DNA of 64,000 bases from a virus (taxonomy: Duplodnaviria; Caudoviricetes): IMG/VR virus record IMGVR_UViG_3300021959_007005; one strand, 5' to 3'. Shown piece after piece: positions 49,504 through 59,178 of the stretch. The translations under genes were made by a program, and so were the position numbers. The notes under the pieces were generated by a model, which worked only from the letters and a program-made list of their open reading frames with translations, was not told where the DNA came from and did no database searches. Every line of letters starts with the position of its first letter. Position 1 is the stretch's first letter.

Positions 49504-50598
49504 ATGAGTGACGTTTTACTATATGCCGCACTAAAAGAAAATGCAAGACTACTTCCACTAATGCCAGCGGCTGGATCAGGTTCAGGTCCAACATTGGAAC
49601 AATATTGTGGAGAGAACAGCCAATCAGGTGATTGGTGCAAGTCGCGGTCTTCTGGCGGAGGAGCTAGTGACTTTAGTGGATCCACCGCTGCTTTAAAAGC
49701 AGAATGGGCAGCCACAATTGGAACAGTCACAGACTCTCAAGCAAATGGTTTTAAAGTATGCGATACCAGTGGTTACTTTAGATGTGGGCAGACCTGTACC
49801 TGGTGCGTACCACCAGGTGTAACTAGAGCTAGATTCCAAAGTTGGGGTCCTGGAGCAGGAACAGGCAGTAATTGTTGCTGTGGAGGAGCACCGTTTGGTG
49901 CTAGTGGTGCTTATAGTGTGGTAGAATTAGATGTGACTCCAGGACATTGCTGGTGTCTTTGTGCTGGATGCGCTTATTGTTGTTTTGCTTATCAAACTAG
50001 CCACGGTGGGTGCGGCGGAAATACTTGTATTTGTAGTGGTAATGCTAGCGTTTGTATTACTACCTGTAGTGGTGATACCATTAGTTGTTTCTGCAAATGG
50101 AATTGTGTTGCTGCGATAAACAATCTCCAAGCTAATAGCTTCTTTCAGGCGCCAGGTTGTAACACTGATAAGTGTGGTCCTGATAATTGTAGTGGTTGGA
50201 ATTTTTGTTGGGATAGTGGTAATGATGGTATGTGTATTGACTTCTTATATGATTGTCAGAGAACATGGGCGTATAGTCCTAGTGTCCTAACCACATACAA
50301 TGGTACAGTATACGGTATACCATCAATGTTCCCAATGATGCAAATATCGCAGAGCAACTTAACCAACGCCCAAACTTATACCTGCCCAGCACCAGTATTT
50401 GGATATGAAGATTGTAGTTGCGCTATGACTTTTTGGCAAAACGGTACAAGTTGTTTTGGATGTAATTACACTGGGTGTAATAATAGACAAATTCCAGGAT
50501 CAGGCGGAGCCGCTAGTACAGTTGGCGGCGGCTGTCAAAGCTGCGGTGGCGATAGCGGACGCATGGGGATGATCTGTGTTAGTTGGGTTTGCTCTTAA
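49504..50598 (+). CDS. Cys-rich (about 39 Cys/364 aa) glycine-rich-domain fibre protein, paralogue 2
   Basis: RCGQTCTWCVP...FQSWGPGA...CCCGG...GASGAY...DVTPG...LC..CA.CC shared with 47766..48791. Confidence 0.65.
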   Translation: MSDVLLYAALKENARLLPLMPAAGSGSGPTLEQYCGENSQSGDWCKSRSSGGGASDFSGSTAALKAEWAATIGTVTDSQANGFKVCDTSGYFRCGQTCTWCVPPGVTRARFQSWGPGAGTGSNCCCGGAPFGASGAYSVVELDVTPGHCWCLCAGCAYCCFAYQTSHGGCGGNTCICSGNASVCITTCSGDTISCFCKWNCVAAINNLQANSFFQAPGCNTDKCGPDNCSGWNFCWDSGNDGMCIDFLYDCQRTWAYSPSVLTTYNGTVYGIPSMFPMMQISQSNLTNAQTYTCPAPVFGYEDCSCAMTFWQNGTSCFGCNYTGCNNRQIPGSGGAASTVGGGCQSCGGDSGRMGMICVSWVCS

Positions 50599-50614
50599 AT
50601 TTAATAAAAATATC

Positions 50615-50642
50615 TTGACAATTAATCTAGATTAGCTATAAT
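50615..50642 (+). promoter_or_regulatory. Sigma70-type promoter TTGACA-N16-TATAAT (GCTATAAT)
   Basis: Perfect -35 and -10 hexamers upstream of the glycosyltransferase operon. Confidence 0.75.
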
Positions 50643-50694
50643 GTAACTATGCGGTATTTTCTATCTACCGTTTACATTATAATGAAAGAAATAC

Positions 50695-51687
50695 ATGAAA
50701 AAATCATTTTTTATTAACGGCGGCGCCGGTAGAGTTCTTTGTAGTATTCCTGGTTTAGAATACTACAAAGATAATGTTGCAGACGATGTTGTAATTGTTG
50801 CTGAAGCTTGGCAAGAATTATTTTATAGTAGCAAAAAATTACGTAATAATATTTGGCCAGCAAATAGCAAAGGATTATGGGATAAACTAAAACAAACTGA
50901 ACTTATCAGTCCCGAGCCCTATAGATTGAATGCATATTTTACTCAAAAAGTAAATCTAATTCAAGCATTTGATATACTTATTAATGACCTTGATGATATT
51001 CCTGAATCGAAATCATTTAACTTAGAAATTAATAAAGCTGATCAAGTATATGGGCATAATATGATTGCGCAACTTAAACAGCAAACTGGAAAAGAAAAAG
51101 CTATAGTATTTCAACCATTAGGATCTGGCGCAAAACGTGATGGTAGTTTCTTATATGATAGTAGTGGTCGTAGTTTTGAAGTGAGAGATATTATACGTAT
51201 TGTTGATGAATTGGCAAAAAATTACGCTGTTATATTAATGACAAATTTAGAAATACCCACAGAAAAACAAATGGGTGCTGTTATGCCAAATGATACAAAT
51301 TTGTTACAATGGATGGGTATTGTTAATGCATGTGATTATTTCTTAGGATGTGATAGCATGGGACAACATTATGCAAACGCATTAGGAAAACCAGCTACGG
51401 TAGTAATAGGGGCAACATATCCTGAAAATATTTCATACCCTGGAAATAAAGATTTTACAATTATTGATAATGGCAAAGAAACTAGAGAATATCAACCATT
51501 TAGAGTAACGCATGATTTTGCTATAGAACGTGATAGCGAAGATCTTATGATTTTTGATGATAATGTTATGAAACAAATAATTGATAGCATAGAAGAAAAA
51601 CTAGGAAAACCAAAATCTAAAGATGCAACTAAATCTAAAAATAAAATAGATAATTTGCCACTAATGCTACAGACTAAGAAAAAATAA
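50695..51687 (+). CDS. GT-B glycosyltransferase, GT9/heptosyltransferase-like
   Basis: FINGGAGRVL N-terminus; CDYFLGCDSMGQHYANALGKPATVVIGAT matches the GT9 C-terminal motif. Confidence 0.65.
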   Translation: MKKSFFINGGAGRVLCSIPGLEYYKDNVADDVVIVAEAWQELFYSSKKLRNNIWPANSKGLWDKLKQTELISPEPYRLNAYFTQKVNLIQAFDILINDLDDIPESKSFNLEINKADQVYGHNMIAQLKQQTGKEKAIVFQPLGSGAKRDGSFLYDSSGRSFEVRDIIRIVDELAKNYAVILMTNLEIPTEKQMGAVMPNDTNLLQWMGIVNACDYFLGCDSMGQHYANALGKPATVVIGATYPENISYPGNKDFTIIDNGKETREYQPFRVTHDFAIERDSEDLMIFDDNVMKQIIDSIEEKLGKPKSKDATKSKNKIDNLPLMLQTKKK

Positions 51688-51703
51688 TGGAGTTAACACA
51701 AAT

Positions 51704-53548
51704 ATGAAAAAATTAAATAGAGTTAATAATACTGGGTACATTTTAGGTATTAGTAGAGGTCATAATGCAGGCGTATGTCTACTAAAGGATGGTGAAGTAG
51801 TATTTTCAGTTGAAGAAGAGCGTCTTAGCAGAGCAAAATATGACGGCTCGCCGCTTGCTGGAATGGTTAAAGTTCTTGATTATACTGATAAAATTGATTA
51901 TATGTTCATATCACATACAACAACACTTGGTGCCGCCGGAGACTTGTGTATTGAGTATATGAGTGATGATATTTACTCTGGAATGGCACGTAAACTTGGA
52001 CTTATTGATTTTCATATACCAACTCCAGAACAACCGCTAAGTCCACAAGTAATTGATTTAGCAAGCCAGCACCACAAAGTTCATGCAGCTTGTGCTTTTT
52101 ATAGAAGTGGATTTGACGAAGCTGTGGCAGTTGTTGTAGATGGCGCAGGATCAGCTGCAAATGTAAGGTGTAATTTACCCTTCCAAGGAGAGGAAACCAT
52201 TGTTGCTTGGGAAGTTGAAAGTATTATTGGTGTTAAATATCCAGCAGAATTTAAAACTTATTATAAACATTTTGGTACAAGAGAACCTGTTCCACATCAG
52301 ATAGAATACCAATGTTCTAGTGAGGGTATAGGTGAAGATGGAAAACACATAGCAGTATTATCTCCAAATGCTGGCATTGTTAAAGCATATGAAGCAGCTA
52401 CTATCTATAATGGATTTCAAGCAATTGAAGCTGGTAAGACTATGGGATTATTTCCCTATGGTAAACCTAATGACAATATACCTTCTATCTTTTCTACAGA
52501 TACTACTATTCCAACTGTAAATAGAAATTTAATTATTCCAACCTATCCTAATGCTGCATATATAAATTATCCAGCTTATTCAGAGCTTGCATTTACCCCA
52601 GGGGAACATGAAAAGTTTCCAGATCTACAAAACCGCAAAGATCTATCATATGCTGTACAAACAGAAACACAAGAACAAGTATTAAATTTAATTAAAAGTG
52701 CAGTAGAATTTTCTGGACAAAAGAATGTTGTTCTTAGTGGTGGATATGGACTAAACTGTGTTGCAAATTATCACTATTTGGATAAATTGAGTGAAGAAGG
52801 TATTAATTTATATGTAGAGCCATGCAGTAATGATGGCGGTACTGCGATTGGCGCAGCACTTTGGGGGTATTATGAAATGTCTCGATCAGAAGAGAAACAT
52901 AACCCAGAGATTTATTTGGGACCAAAATATGATTATACTCAACAATATATTGAAACATTAGCAGAAAAATATGATTGTACAATTAGTGATGCTACACATG
53001 ATGACATAGTGGAACTTATAACTAGTAAAAATATTGTATCATTGTTTCAAGGACGTAGTGAAAATGGACCACGTGCATTGGGTAACAGAAGTTTAATGTA
53101 TGATCCCACAGATCCAGATGGAAAAGATTTTGTAAACAGTGTAAAACACAGAGAATATTTCCGTCCATTTGCAGGTAGTATCTTGGAAGAAGACGTGCAT
53201 GAATGGTTTGATTTGCGTGGTATGGAAAGTTCTCCAACTATGATGTATGCTGTAAATTGTCAGCCCGGTATTGAAGAAAAGATTCCAGCTATTATTCACA
53301 TAGATGGCACTTGTCGTATTCAAACAGTTAACAGGGATCAAAATCCGCATTACTATGATATTATTAAAGCGTTTAAAGAAAAAACAGGGTGTCCTATTAT
53401 CTTTAACACTAGTTTCAATCTAGGTGGAGAACCATTAGTTGAAACATTAGAAGATGCATTGAAAACTGTATCTAATAGTGATGTTGAGTACTTGTATTTG
53501 CCAGAGTTTGGAAAATTAATCTTTAAAGGAAATTGGACACCAGTCTAA
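51704..53548 (+). CDS. O-carbamoyltransferase (NodU/CmcH/TobZ family)
   Basis: LGISRGHNA, EEERLSR.KYD, HH..HA, SGGYGLNC.AN, GPRALGNRS, KHRE.FRPFA and NTSFN..GEPLV. Confidence 0.92.
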   Translation: MKKLNRVNNTGYILGISRGHNAGVCLLKDGEVVFSVEEERLSRAKYDGSPLAGMVKVLDYTDKIDYMFISHTTTLGAAGDLCIEYMSDDIYSGMARKLGLIDFHIPTPEQPLSPQVIDLASQHHKVHAACAFYRSGFDEAVAVVVDGAGSAANVRCNLPFQGEETIVAWEVESIIGVKYPAEFKTYYKHFGTREPVPHQIEYQCSSEGIGEDGKHIAVLSPNAGIVKAYEAATIYNGFQAIEAGKTMGLFPYGKPNDNIPSIFSTDTTIPTVNRNLIIPTYPNAAYINYPAYSELAFTPGEHEKFPDLQNRKDLSYAVQTETQEQVLNLIKSAVEFSGQKNVVLSGGYGLNCVANYHYLDKLSEEGINLYVEPCSNDGGTAIGAALWGYYEMSRSEEKHNPEIYLGPKYDYTQQYIETLAEKYDCTISDATHDDIVELITSKNIVSLFQGRSENGPRALGNRSLMYDPTDPDGKDFVNSVKHREYFRPFAGSILEEDVHEWFDLRGMESSPTMMYAVNCQPGIEEKIPAIIHIDGTCRIQTVNRDQNPHYYDIIKAFKEKTGCPIIFNTSFNLGGEPLVETLEDALKTVSNSDVEYLYLPEFGKLIFKGNWTPV

Positions 53549-53650
53549 ATGTCAATAACACTAGATCAACTAAAGATAATACAATTATCTAACAATATTA
53601 TACACGATATAGTAGGCAATTTTATGAATAGTACTGTGGGTTATAAATGA
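53549..53650 (+). CDS. 33-aa small ORF (MSITLDQLKIIQLSNNIIHDIVGNFMNSTVGYK), below the track cut-off
   Basis: Starts right after the TAA of the carbamoyltransferase; its TGA overlaps the ATG at 53647 (ATGA). Confidence 0.45.
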   Translation: MSITLDQLKIIQLSNNIIHDIVGNFMNSTVGYK

Positions 53651-54186
53651 GCAATAATTTTTGGTCATCCTTTTATAATACAAAATGGGCAATCGAAACC
53701 ACATATCCACAGTGGCAAACCACACTAGAAAATTGGAATCAAGCAACTAGGTCTGTTGAAGCAGACCTAGTTGCTAGTAATGTTGCACAGCAAACCTATT
53801 TTGAAGATGATGAAGGTATAGAACTAACTAATGATATTAGAGATTATATAAACACCCATTTATCCACACATAATGCTCCATTTAAATTAGGAAAAAGATT
53901 GCTAGCTTGGAATATTGAATATATGGAGAATGGTTGGCAAGCAATACATAAACATGGTCCGGGAGGCAAGTCGGTGTCAGTAGTTCTGTGTGTAGAGGGC
54001 GAAGTCGGATCAGGAATATTTTATTTTATACTGCCAGAACCAGACGGATCTATAAATGTTAAAACAATTGAACAATTGCCTGGAACACTAATTGTCTTAG
54101 ACGGTGATGTTTGGCATGGTGCGTATCCATGCACTACAAATAAGAAGGTATTTGTGTTTGACTTTGAACTCGACAACATCAGTTAA
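53647..54186 (+). CDS. Putative 2OG-Fe(II) oxygenase
   Basis: WNIEY..NG.Q..HKH...SVV...PGTLIVL.G.VWHGAYP...K.VF.F double-stranded beta-helix pattern. Confidence 0.6.
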   Translation: MSNNFWSSFYNTKWAIETTYPQWQTTLENWNQATRSVEADLVASNVAQQTYFEDDEGIELTNDIRDYINTHLSTHNAPFKLGKRLLAWNIEYMENGWQAIHKHGPGGKSVSVVLCVEGEVGSGIFYFILPEPDGSINVKTIEQLPGTLIVLDGDVWHGAYPCTTNKKVFVFDFELDNIS

Positions 54187-54802
54187 TATAGGGAATTATA
54201 CTGTATTCAGTAGCGATGATACTGATGGATTTGGATACTTAACGGTTAAAGATGCAAATAGTTGCTTTCATCATTTTTCGCAAGGACGACAATTTAAAAA
54301 TGCACTAGAGTGGTGCTGTGGCCCTGGTTATTTTGGACTTGCTGCACTATATACTAAACTTGCAAAACAAATTAGTTTCAGTGACATAAGTGAACATGCA
54401 CAAGCTGTATTATTACAGAGCTTAGAAGTTAATAATTTAGACTGTGTATTTTACTTGTCTGATAATTTTAAACAAATCCCCAAACAAAAATTTGATCTTA
54501 TAATAGCAAACCCGCCTCATTTTAATTTTACTGTGCCAGCATGGCGAGATGACTTGACAGTGACTGAACATGAACCGAGAAAAATGCAGGATTTAGATTG
54601 GAAAATACATCAAGACTTTTTTGATACCGTCAATGATTATCTGACAGATGATGGTAAAATAATGCTTATGGAAAATGTAACAGGAAGCAATCCAGACACA
54701 TTTAGTGATATGTTAGCAAATAATAATCTACATATAACTAATTTTAGTAACAGTATAGAACACAAAGATACTGTATACTATATTGAGATATCTAAATTGT
54801 AG
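54158..54802 (+). CDS. Class I SAM-dependent methyltransferase (NPPx motif); start uncertain (the track gives 54104)
   Basis: LEWCCGPGYFG motif I and FDLIIANPPHF; TTG 54158 has an AAGGT RBS. Confidence 0.75.
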   Translation: MTLNSTTSVNIGNYTVFSSDDTDGFGYLTVKDANSCFHHFSQGRQFKNALEWCCGPGYFGLAALYTKLAKQISFSDISEHAQAVLLQSLEVNNLDCVFYLSDNFKQIPKQKFDLIIANPPHFNFTVPAWRDDLTVTEHEPRKMQDLDWKIHQDFFDTVNDYLTDDGKIMLMENVTGSNPDTFSDMLANNNLHITNFSNSIEHKDTVYYIEISKL

Positions 54803-55512
54803 TCCAAACAATCTTGCTTACAAGTAAATAAATTTTTCTTAAATTCAGTGCTAAGATCTATTAGTTCATTAGTATTGAAAAATCTAGTAATTTTATCTGA
54901 CAATACATCGTGATTGCATTCACTTAAATGACTTAGTCTCCTATCCCAACCTTCCCATGTCGCAAATAATTTTCTATCATAACCATCAATAAACTCGCCT
55001 TCATCAGCTTTTACTAATGGTATGTTATTTGAAGTATGATGCAATGTTGTAGCATCAAATCCTGGTATTAAACAATATTGGTAAGGTTGTAATACTGAGC
55101 GTATCCATGTTAAAAATTGTTCGTAATAAATTTTACTTAAAAACTCATGCTGTTCATTAAATTCTTGCTTGTAAAGATCAATTGCACGATAAGAATCTCG
55201 CGGCATATGTTCATGTAAGTTAACAATATATAAATTAGATAACGTTGGTTTATCTTTAATAAACCAGCGTCTATGCATACCAGTTGTAACAATAACAATA
55301 AAATCATCCTTATTAATATTATTAATGTTTTGCATTATCTGATGTGAAATCCATTCATTACTTACCCCTGGTAATGCAGCACCAGACAATCCTGACACCC
55401 CAAGTTTTTTTCCAAGCTGATAAACCCAATGCCACTCTGGATAATGCTCTGTATCATAACATCTATTCACTGGAGAAACAAAACTATCCCCAAACGTCCA
55501 TAGCTTACTCAT
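54778..55512 (-). CDS. SGNH/GDSL-like protein
   Basis: LWTFGDSF block I, GVSN block II and C-terminal D.R..H. Confidence 0.55.
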   Translation of the reverse strand: MSKLWTFGDSFVSPVNRCYDTEHYPEWHWVYQLGKKLGVSGLSGAALPGVSNEWISHQIMQNINNINKDDFIVIVTTGMHRRWFIKDKPTLSNLYIVNLHEHMPRDSYRAIDLYKQEFNEQHEFLSKIYYEQFLTWIRSVLQPYQYCLIPGFDATTLHHTSNNIPLVKADEGEFIDGYDRKLFATWEGWDRRLSHLSECNHDVLSDKITRFFNTNELIDLSTEFKKNLFTCKQDCLDYNLDISI

Positions 55513-55874
55513 GTTTGACTATCACCTTTGATAATTCGATAGTTGTCTTCTACGCTATCTGGAGTACTAACTTCAATAATAATACTATTATCTTGCATTG
55601 CAATTAACTGATGCGGTAATAGTGGTTCGTTACGCCATGTTTCTCCCTTTGTTAAAACATGTGTTTCCATTTCAGCAGTATCAGTATCTATGATATGTAG
55701 CGTAAAACTACCATTAAGTACATACCAACTTTCGTCTTTTTCTTTATGAAAATGCATACTAAACTTAGCACCCTTTTTGTCAAAGAACATTATTTTGCCA
55801 CAGTATTTGTCATTAGTGGCAAAAATTAATTCTCGACCCCATCCTTTATCTTGCTGGCCTTTAAGTTGTGTCAT
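55509..55874 (-). CDS. Cupin (sugar isomerase/epimerase-like)
   Basis: KGWGRE, FSMHFHKEKDESWYVL and PHQL; ATG 55874 has an AAAGGA RBS (the track start 55913 overlaps hldE). Confidence 0.75.
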   Translation of the reverse strand: MTQLKGQQDKGWGRELIFATNDKYCGKIMFFDKKGAKFSMHFHKEKDESWYVLNGSFTLHIIDTDTAEMETHVLTKGETWRNEPLLPHQLIAMQDNSIIIEVSTPDSVEDNYRIIKGDSQT

Positions 55875-57012
55875 TATTAATCCTTTGTATTGTATTTGTT
55901 GTGCTATAATCATCTACTGTTGGCAGTATCACAACTTTTGCAAGTTGGTTACCTACAACTGTGTCTACTGTATAGTCCCCGCCTTTGGTAATTATGTTTG
56001 GCTGTACACGTTGTATTAATTCCAGTGGCGTATCCTCGTCAAACAGTATTACTTCATCAACAAAGTCTAAACTTTCCAGCAGAACTTTTCTGTCACTTTC
56101 ATTATTAACAGGTCTAGATTCACCTTTAAGACGACGAACACTTTGATCTGTATTAACCCCTACTACTAGCCAGTCTCCCAATTGTTTACTAGCCTTGAGC
56201 ATTTCAATATGTCCTCGATGTACAATGTCAAAGCAACCATTGGTAAACACTTTAGTACGTTCTACATCCTGTTTAGTTAAAACATATGTACCAGTATGCT
56301 TAACACTTTGTGTACTTGCACTAACAGCTATCTGTAAACATTTTTTATGACTGTAACCTTTAGTAAGTGCATACACAAACGCAGCTAGAAAACAATCTCC
56401 AGCGCCAGTAACATCTGATACTTCGACTTGTTCTACAGGAATAGTATATTCGATATTGTCTATTGTAGCACTCACACTATGTCCTGCGTCTGTGGTAATA
56501 ATGTTGCCTTGCCATTCGTCAAATTCAAACTTAGTATATTCGCTGTTGTTAGGCTTTACTAACCAAGCGCCTTCGTAGTCGTGTGCATATCGTTTTGGAT
56601 CTACAATTACTTTAGGACCTTGGCTGTTTATATGTGCAATAATTTGTTTTGCATTGTCTAATACACCTTTGTCGTAATCACTTAGTATAACATAATCCCA
56701 TTGAGAGAAGTCACTGCGTAATACGTTAGCTAATACTGCATTTGAATCTGCATCTTTATCATCATCTATACGTGTAATATAATGCCCGTCACATATTATT
56801 CTGGTCTTAACACTGCGTGGCTGTTCTGTTTGTAGTAGTGTTGTATCAACGCCTAGGCTTTTTAAGTTTTCATACACCAGTCCTGCACCGCCTAGTGATT
56901 CTTTTTCTTCTTGAAAAGTCACAACAGGCACTGGTGCTTCTGGACTAATTCTTGTACTAGTACCATAGATATATTTGTCGACGATCACATCACCAAACAC
57001 TAATACTTTCAT
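55861..57012 (-). CDS. hldE: Bifunctional D-beta-D-heptose-7-P kinase / heptose-1-P nucleotidyltransferase
   Basis: GDVIVDKY..G...RISPEAPVP, DVTGAGD (PfkB); FTNGCFDIVHRGH, GVNTD.SVRRLKG..RP and KGGDY. Confidence 0.93.
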   Translation of the reverse strand: MKVLVFGDVIVDKYIYGTSTRISPEAPVPVVTFQEEKESLGGAGLVYENLKSLGVDTTLLQTEQPRSVKTRIICDGHYITRIDDDKDADSNAVLANVLRSDFSQWDYVILSDYDKGVLDNAKQIIAHINSQGPKVIVDPKRYAHDYEGAWLVKPNNSEYTKFEFDEWQGNIITTDAGHSVSATIDNIEYTIPVEQVEVSDVTGAGDCFLAAFVYALTKGYSHKKCLQIAVSASTQSVKHTGTYVLTKQDVERTKVFTNGCFDIVHRGHIEMLKASKQLGDWLVVGVNTDQSVRRLKGESRPVNNESDRKVLLESLDFVDEVILFDEDTPLELIQRVQPNIITKGGDYTVDTVVGNQLAKVVILPTVDDYSTTNTIQRINNDTT

Positions 57013-57905
57013 AAATTATCCTCGATATATTCTTCTGGTGTTAAAAACTGATATGGTACTCGTAAATCCTCCCAAATATAATCTAGCAAATGTCCTAGTT
57101 TTTCATTATCACTACATGTATACATTTGATATATATTTTTAAGGCTGTCTGGCATTTCGATATATTCTATTTCTGCATTATACTTATTAGCCAATAACTC
57201 TCCCCATTGCTGAAAACTAAACACTTTCCCAGTTCCTAAATTACTAATAAAGTTATTATCTGTGCGTTCATGCACATCATACATTATACTCACTACATCG
57301 TCAATACAGATGAAGTCGCGAAATACATCTTTACTATTAGTAAATAGTTTAATAACTCCTGTAGTTTTTGCTTGATGTGTAAAGTTAGTGTATGGACTAG
57401 CTTGCTGTACTTCTATTTTATGTGATTCTCTATTGCCATAAACGTTAAAGAATCTCCAACTCTGTCGTTTTCCTGTTTGTGATGAACGAATCATATTATC
57501 ACACATCATTTTAGTAGCAGCATACATGTTTTTAGGTGACTCGTTATCGGGATGCTCTGAAGTATCAGTATTGTCTCCATACACACTAGCACTACTAGCA
57601 AAAACTACATCATTAAATTTACTCAATAGCTTTCTAGTATATACCACATTGGAATTGTAAATGCTTTCCCAGTCGTCACTGCTAGTTTTACTATTAGCAC
57701 CTAAATGCCACAATGTACAATCATCCAATTGTTGTGTTAATAATTCACTAGGACTTATAAAATCAATGAACTGGAGCCCTTGGAGATTTTTTACTTTTTC
57801 ACTGTTTAATGTATCAACACATAAAATATCATTATGTCCCATGCGGTTTAAATGTTGTACCATATTACTACCAATAAATCCACTGGCACCTGTAACAATA
57901 TGCAT
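57009..57905 (-). CDS. hldD: ADP-L-glycero-D-manno-heptose 6-epimerase
   Basis: IVTGASGFIGSN, FASSASVYG, YAATK, RFFNVYG and RDFICIDDV; adjacent to hldE. Confidence 0.85.
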   Translation of the reverse strand: MHIVTGASGFIGSNMVQHLNRMGHNDILCVDTLNSEKVKNLQGLQFIDFISPSELLTQQLDDCTLWHLGANSKTSSDDWESIYNSNVVYTRKLLSKFNDVVFASSASVYGDNTDTSEHPDNESPKNMYAATKMMCDNMIRSSQTGKRQSWRFFNVYGNRESHKIEVQQASPYTNFTHQAKTTGVIKLFTNSKDVFRDFICIDDVVSIMYDVHERTDNNFISNLGTGKVFSFQQWGELLANKYNAEIEYIEMPDSLKNIYQMYTCSDNEKLGHLLDYIWEDLRVPYQFLTPEEYIEDNL

Positions 57906-57925
57906 ATTAGAACTCCTTTTACCAT

Positions 57926-57953
57926 ATTATAACATAAAATCAGGCCAAGTCAA
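57926..57953 (-). promoter_or_regulatory. Sigma70-type promoter TTGACT-N16-TATAAT (extended TGn) for hldD-hldE-cupin-SGNH
   Basis: Read on the minus strand; RBS AAGGAG follows. Confidence 0.7.
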
Positions 57954-57959
57954 TTAAAA

Positions 57960-57966
57960 CTAAATA
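57960..57966 (+). promoter_or_regulatory. Possible late promoter CTAAATA for hemA-pcyX
   Basis: Motif match 21 nt before the hemA ATG; an AT-rich chance match is possible. Confidence 0.4.
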
Positions 57967-57987
57967 TAACAAAAGAAACGGTGCTAA

Positions 57988-59178
57988 ATGATACCCATAA
58001 AAACCTTCCAAAATAAAATTGATCAACTAAAGCAGTCTGGAAATTATCGCATTTTTAATGACATATTAAGAGAAAGTGGTGATTATCCTAATGCTATTTG
58101 GTATGGACCATATAATATTAAAAATATTGTAAACTGGTGTAGTAATGATTATTTAGGTATGGGACAACATAAAGTAGTAAGTGATGCGATGCATACAGCT
58201 CTTAGTCAAACAGGTGCTGGAAGTGGTGGCACACGTAATATAAGCGGTACTACACATTATCATGTTGCACTTGAACATGAAATTGCTAGTCTACATAAAA
58301 AGAACAGTGCATTACTGTATACTAGTGCATATGTCGCAAATGAATGGAGCCTAATAGCACTTAGTAAAATTGTAGAAAATATTGAGTTTATAAGTGATAG
58401 TAAAAATCACGCTAGTTTAATAGCTGGTATAAGACATAGTGGTTCCCCAAAACATATTTTCCAACATAATAATATACAGGAATTAGAGGATATTTTAAAA
58501 TCAATAAAAGGTACCCCTTGCATTGTATTTGAAAGTGTGTATAGTATGGATGGGTATGTAAGTGAAATTGAAGCTATTTTAGATTTAGCAGACAAATACA
58601 ATGCAATAACATATATTGACGAAGTGCATGCTGTAGGTTTATACGGATCACAAGGTGCAGGATATCTAGAAAAACTAGGACTACAAGACAGAGTTGATTT
58701 TGTTAATGGAACATTAGGAAAAGCATTTGGTTGCCAAGGCGGTTATATTGCAGGAGACGGTATTGCTATAGATGCGATACGTAGTGTAGCAAGTGGATTT
58801 ATTTTCACCACTAGTATAAGTCCTGTAATCTGTGCTGGTGCATTAGCAGCCATAAAATACTTGCGTAGCAAAAACGGTATAGAATTACGAAACAAACATC
58901 AAGAAATAGTTAAAAAATTAAAAATAGCATTACATAATAATGGAATCGAGGTATTAGAAAATAACACACACATTGTACCAGTTATGATTAATGATCCAAT
59001 AAAGTGCAAGTCAATAAGTGATAAATTAATAGAAAATCATAATATATATGCGCAAGCAATTAATTATCCTACAGTGGACATGGGCACAGAAAGATTGCGG
59101 TTTGCACCAACTCCGTTTCATACAGATGCAATGATAAATGATTTAGCTGATAAACTTAAAGGTATAATATATGAGTGA
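57988..59178 (+). CDS. hemA: 5-aminolevulinate synthase (Shemin/C4 pathway, PLP-dependent)
   Basis: [55 protein letters not shown] and NYPTV..GTERLR. Confidence 0.93.
   Translation: MIPIKTFQNKIDQLKQSGNYRIFNDILRESGDYPNAIWYGPYNIKNIVNWCSNDYLGMGQHKVVSDAMHTALSQTGAGSGGTRNISGTTHYHVALEHEIASLHKKNSALLYTSAYVANEWSLIALSKIVENIEFISDSKNHASLIAGIRHSGSPKHIFQHNNIQELEDILKSIKGTPCIVFESVYSMDGYVSEIEAILDLADKYNAITYIDEVHAVGLYGSQGAGYLEKLGLQDRVDFVNGTLGKAFGCQGGYIAGDGIAIDAIRSVASGFIFTTSISPVICAGALAAIKYLRSKNGIELRNKHQEIVKKLKIALHNNGIEVLENNTHIVPVMINDPIKCKSISDKLIENHNIYAQAINYPTVDMGTERLRFAPTPFHTDAMINDLADKLKGIIYE

Noticed and set aside
50651-50671. Small GCGGTA/TACCGT hairpin in the glycosyltransferase leader
   Set aside because: A 6-bp stem with a 9-nt loop is too weak to distinguish from chance.
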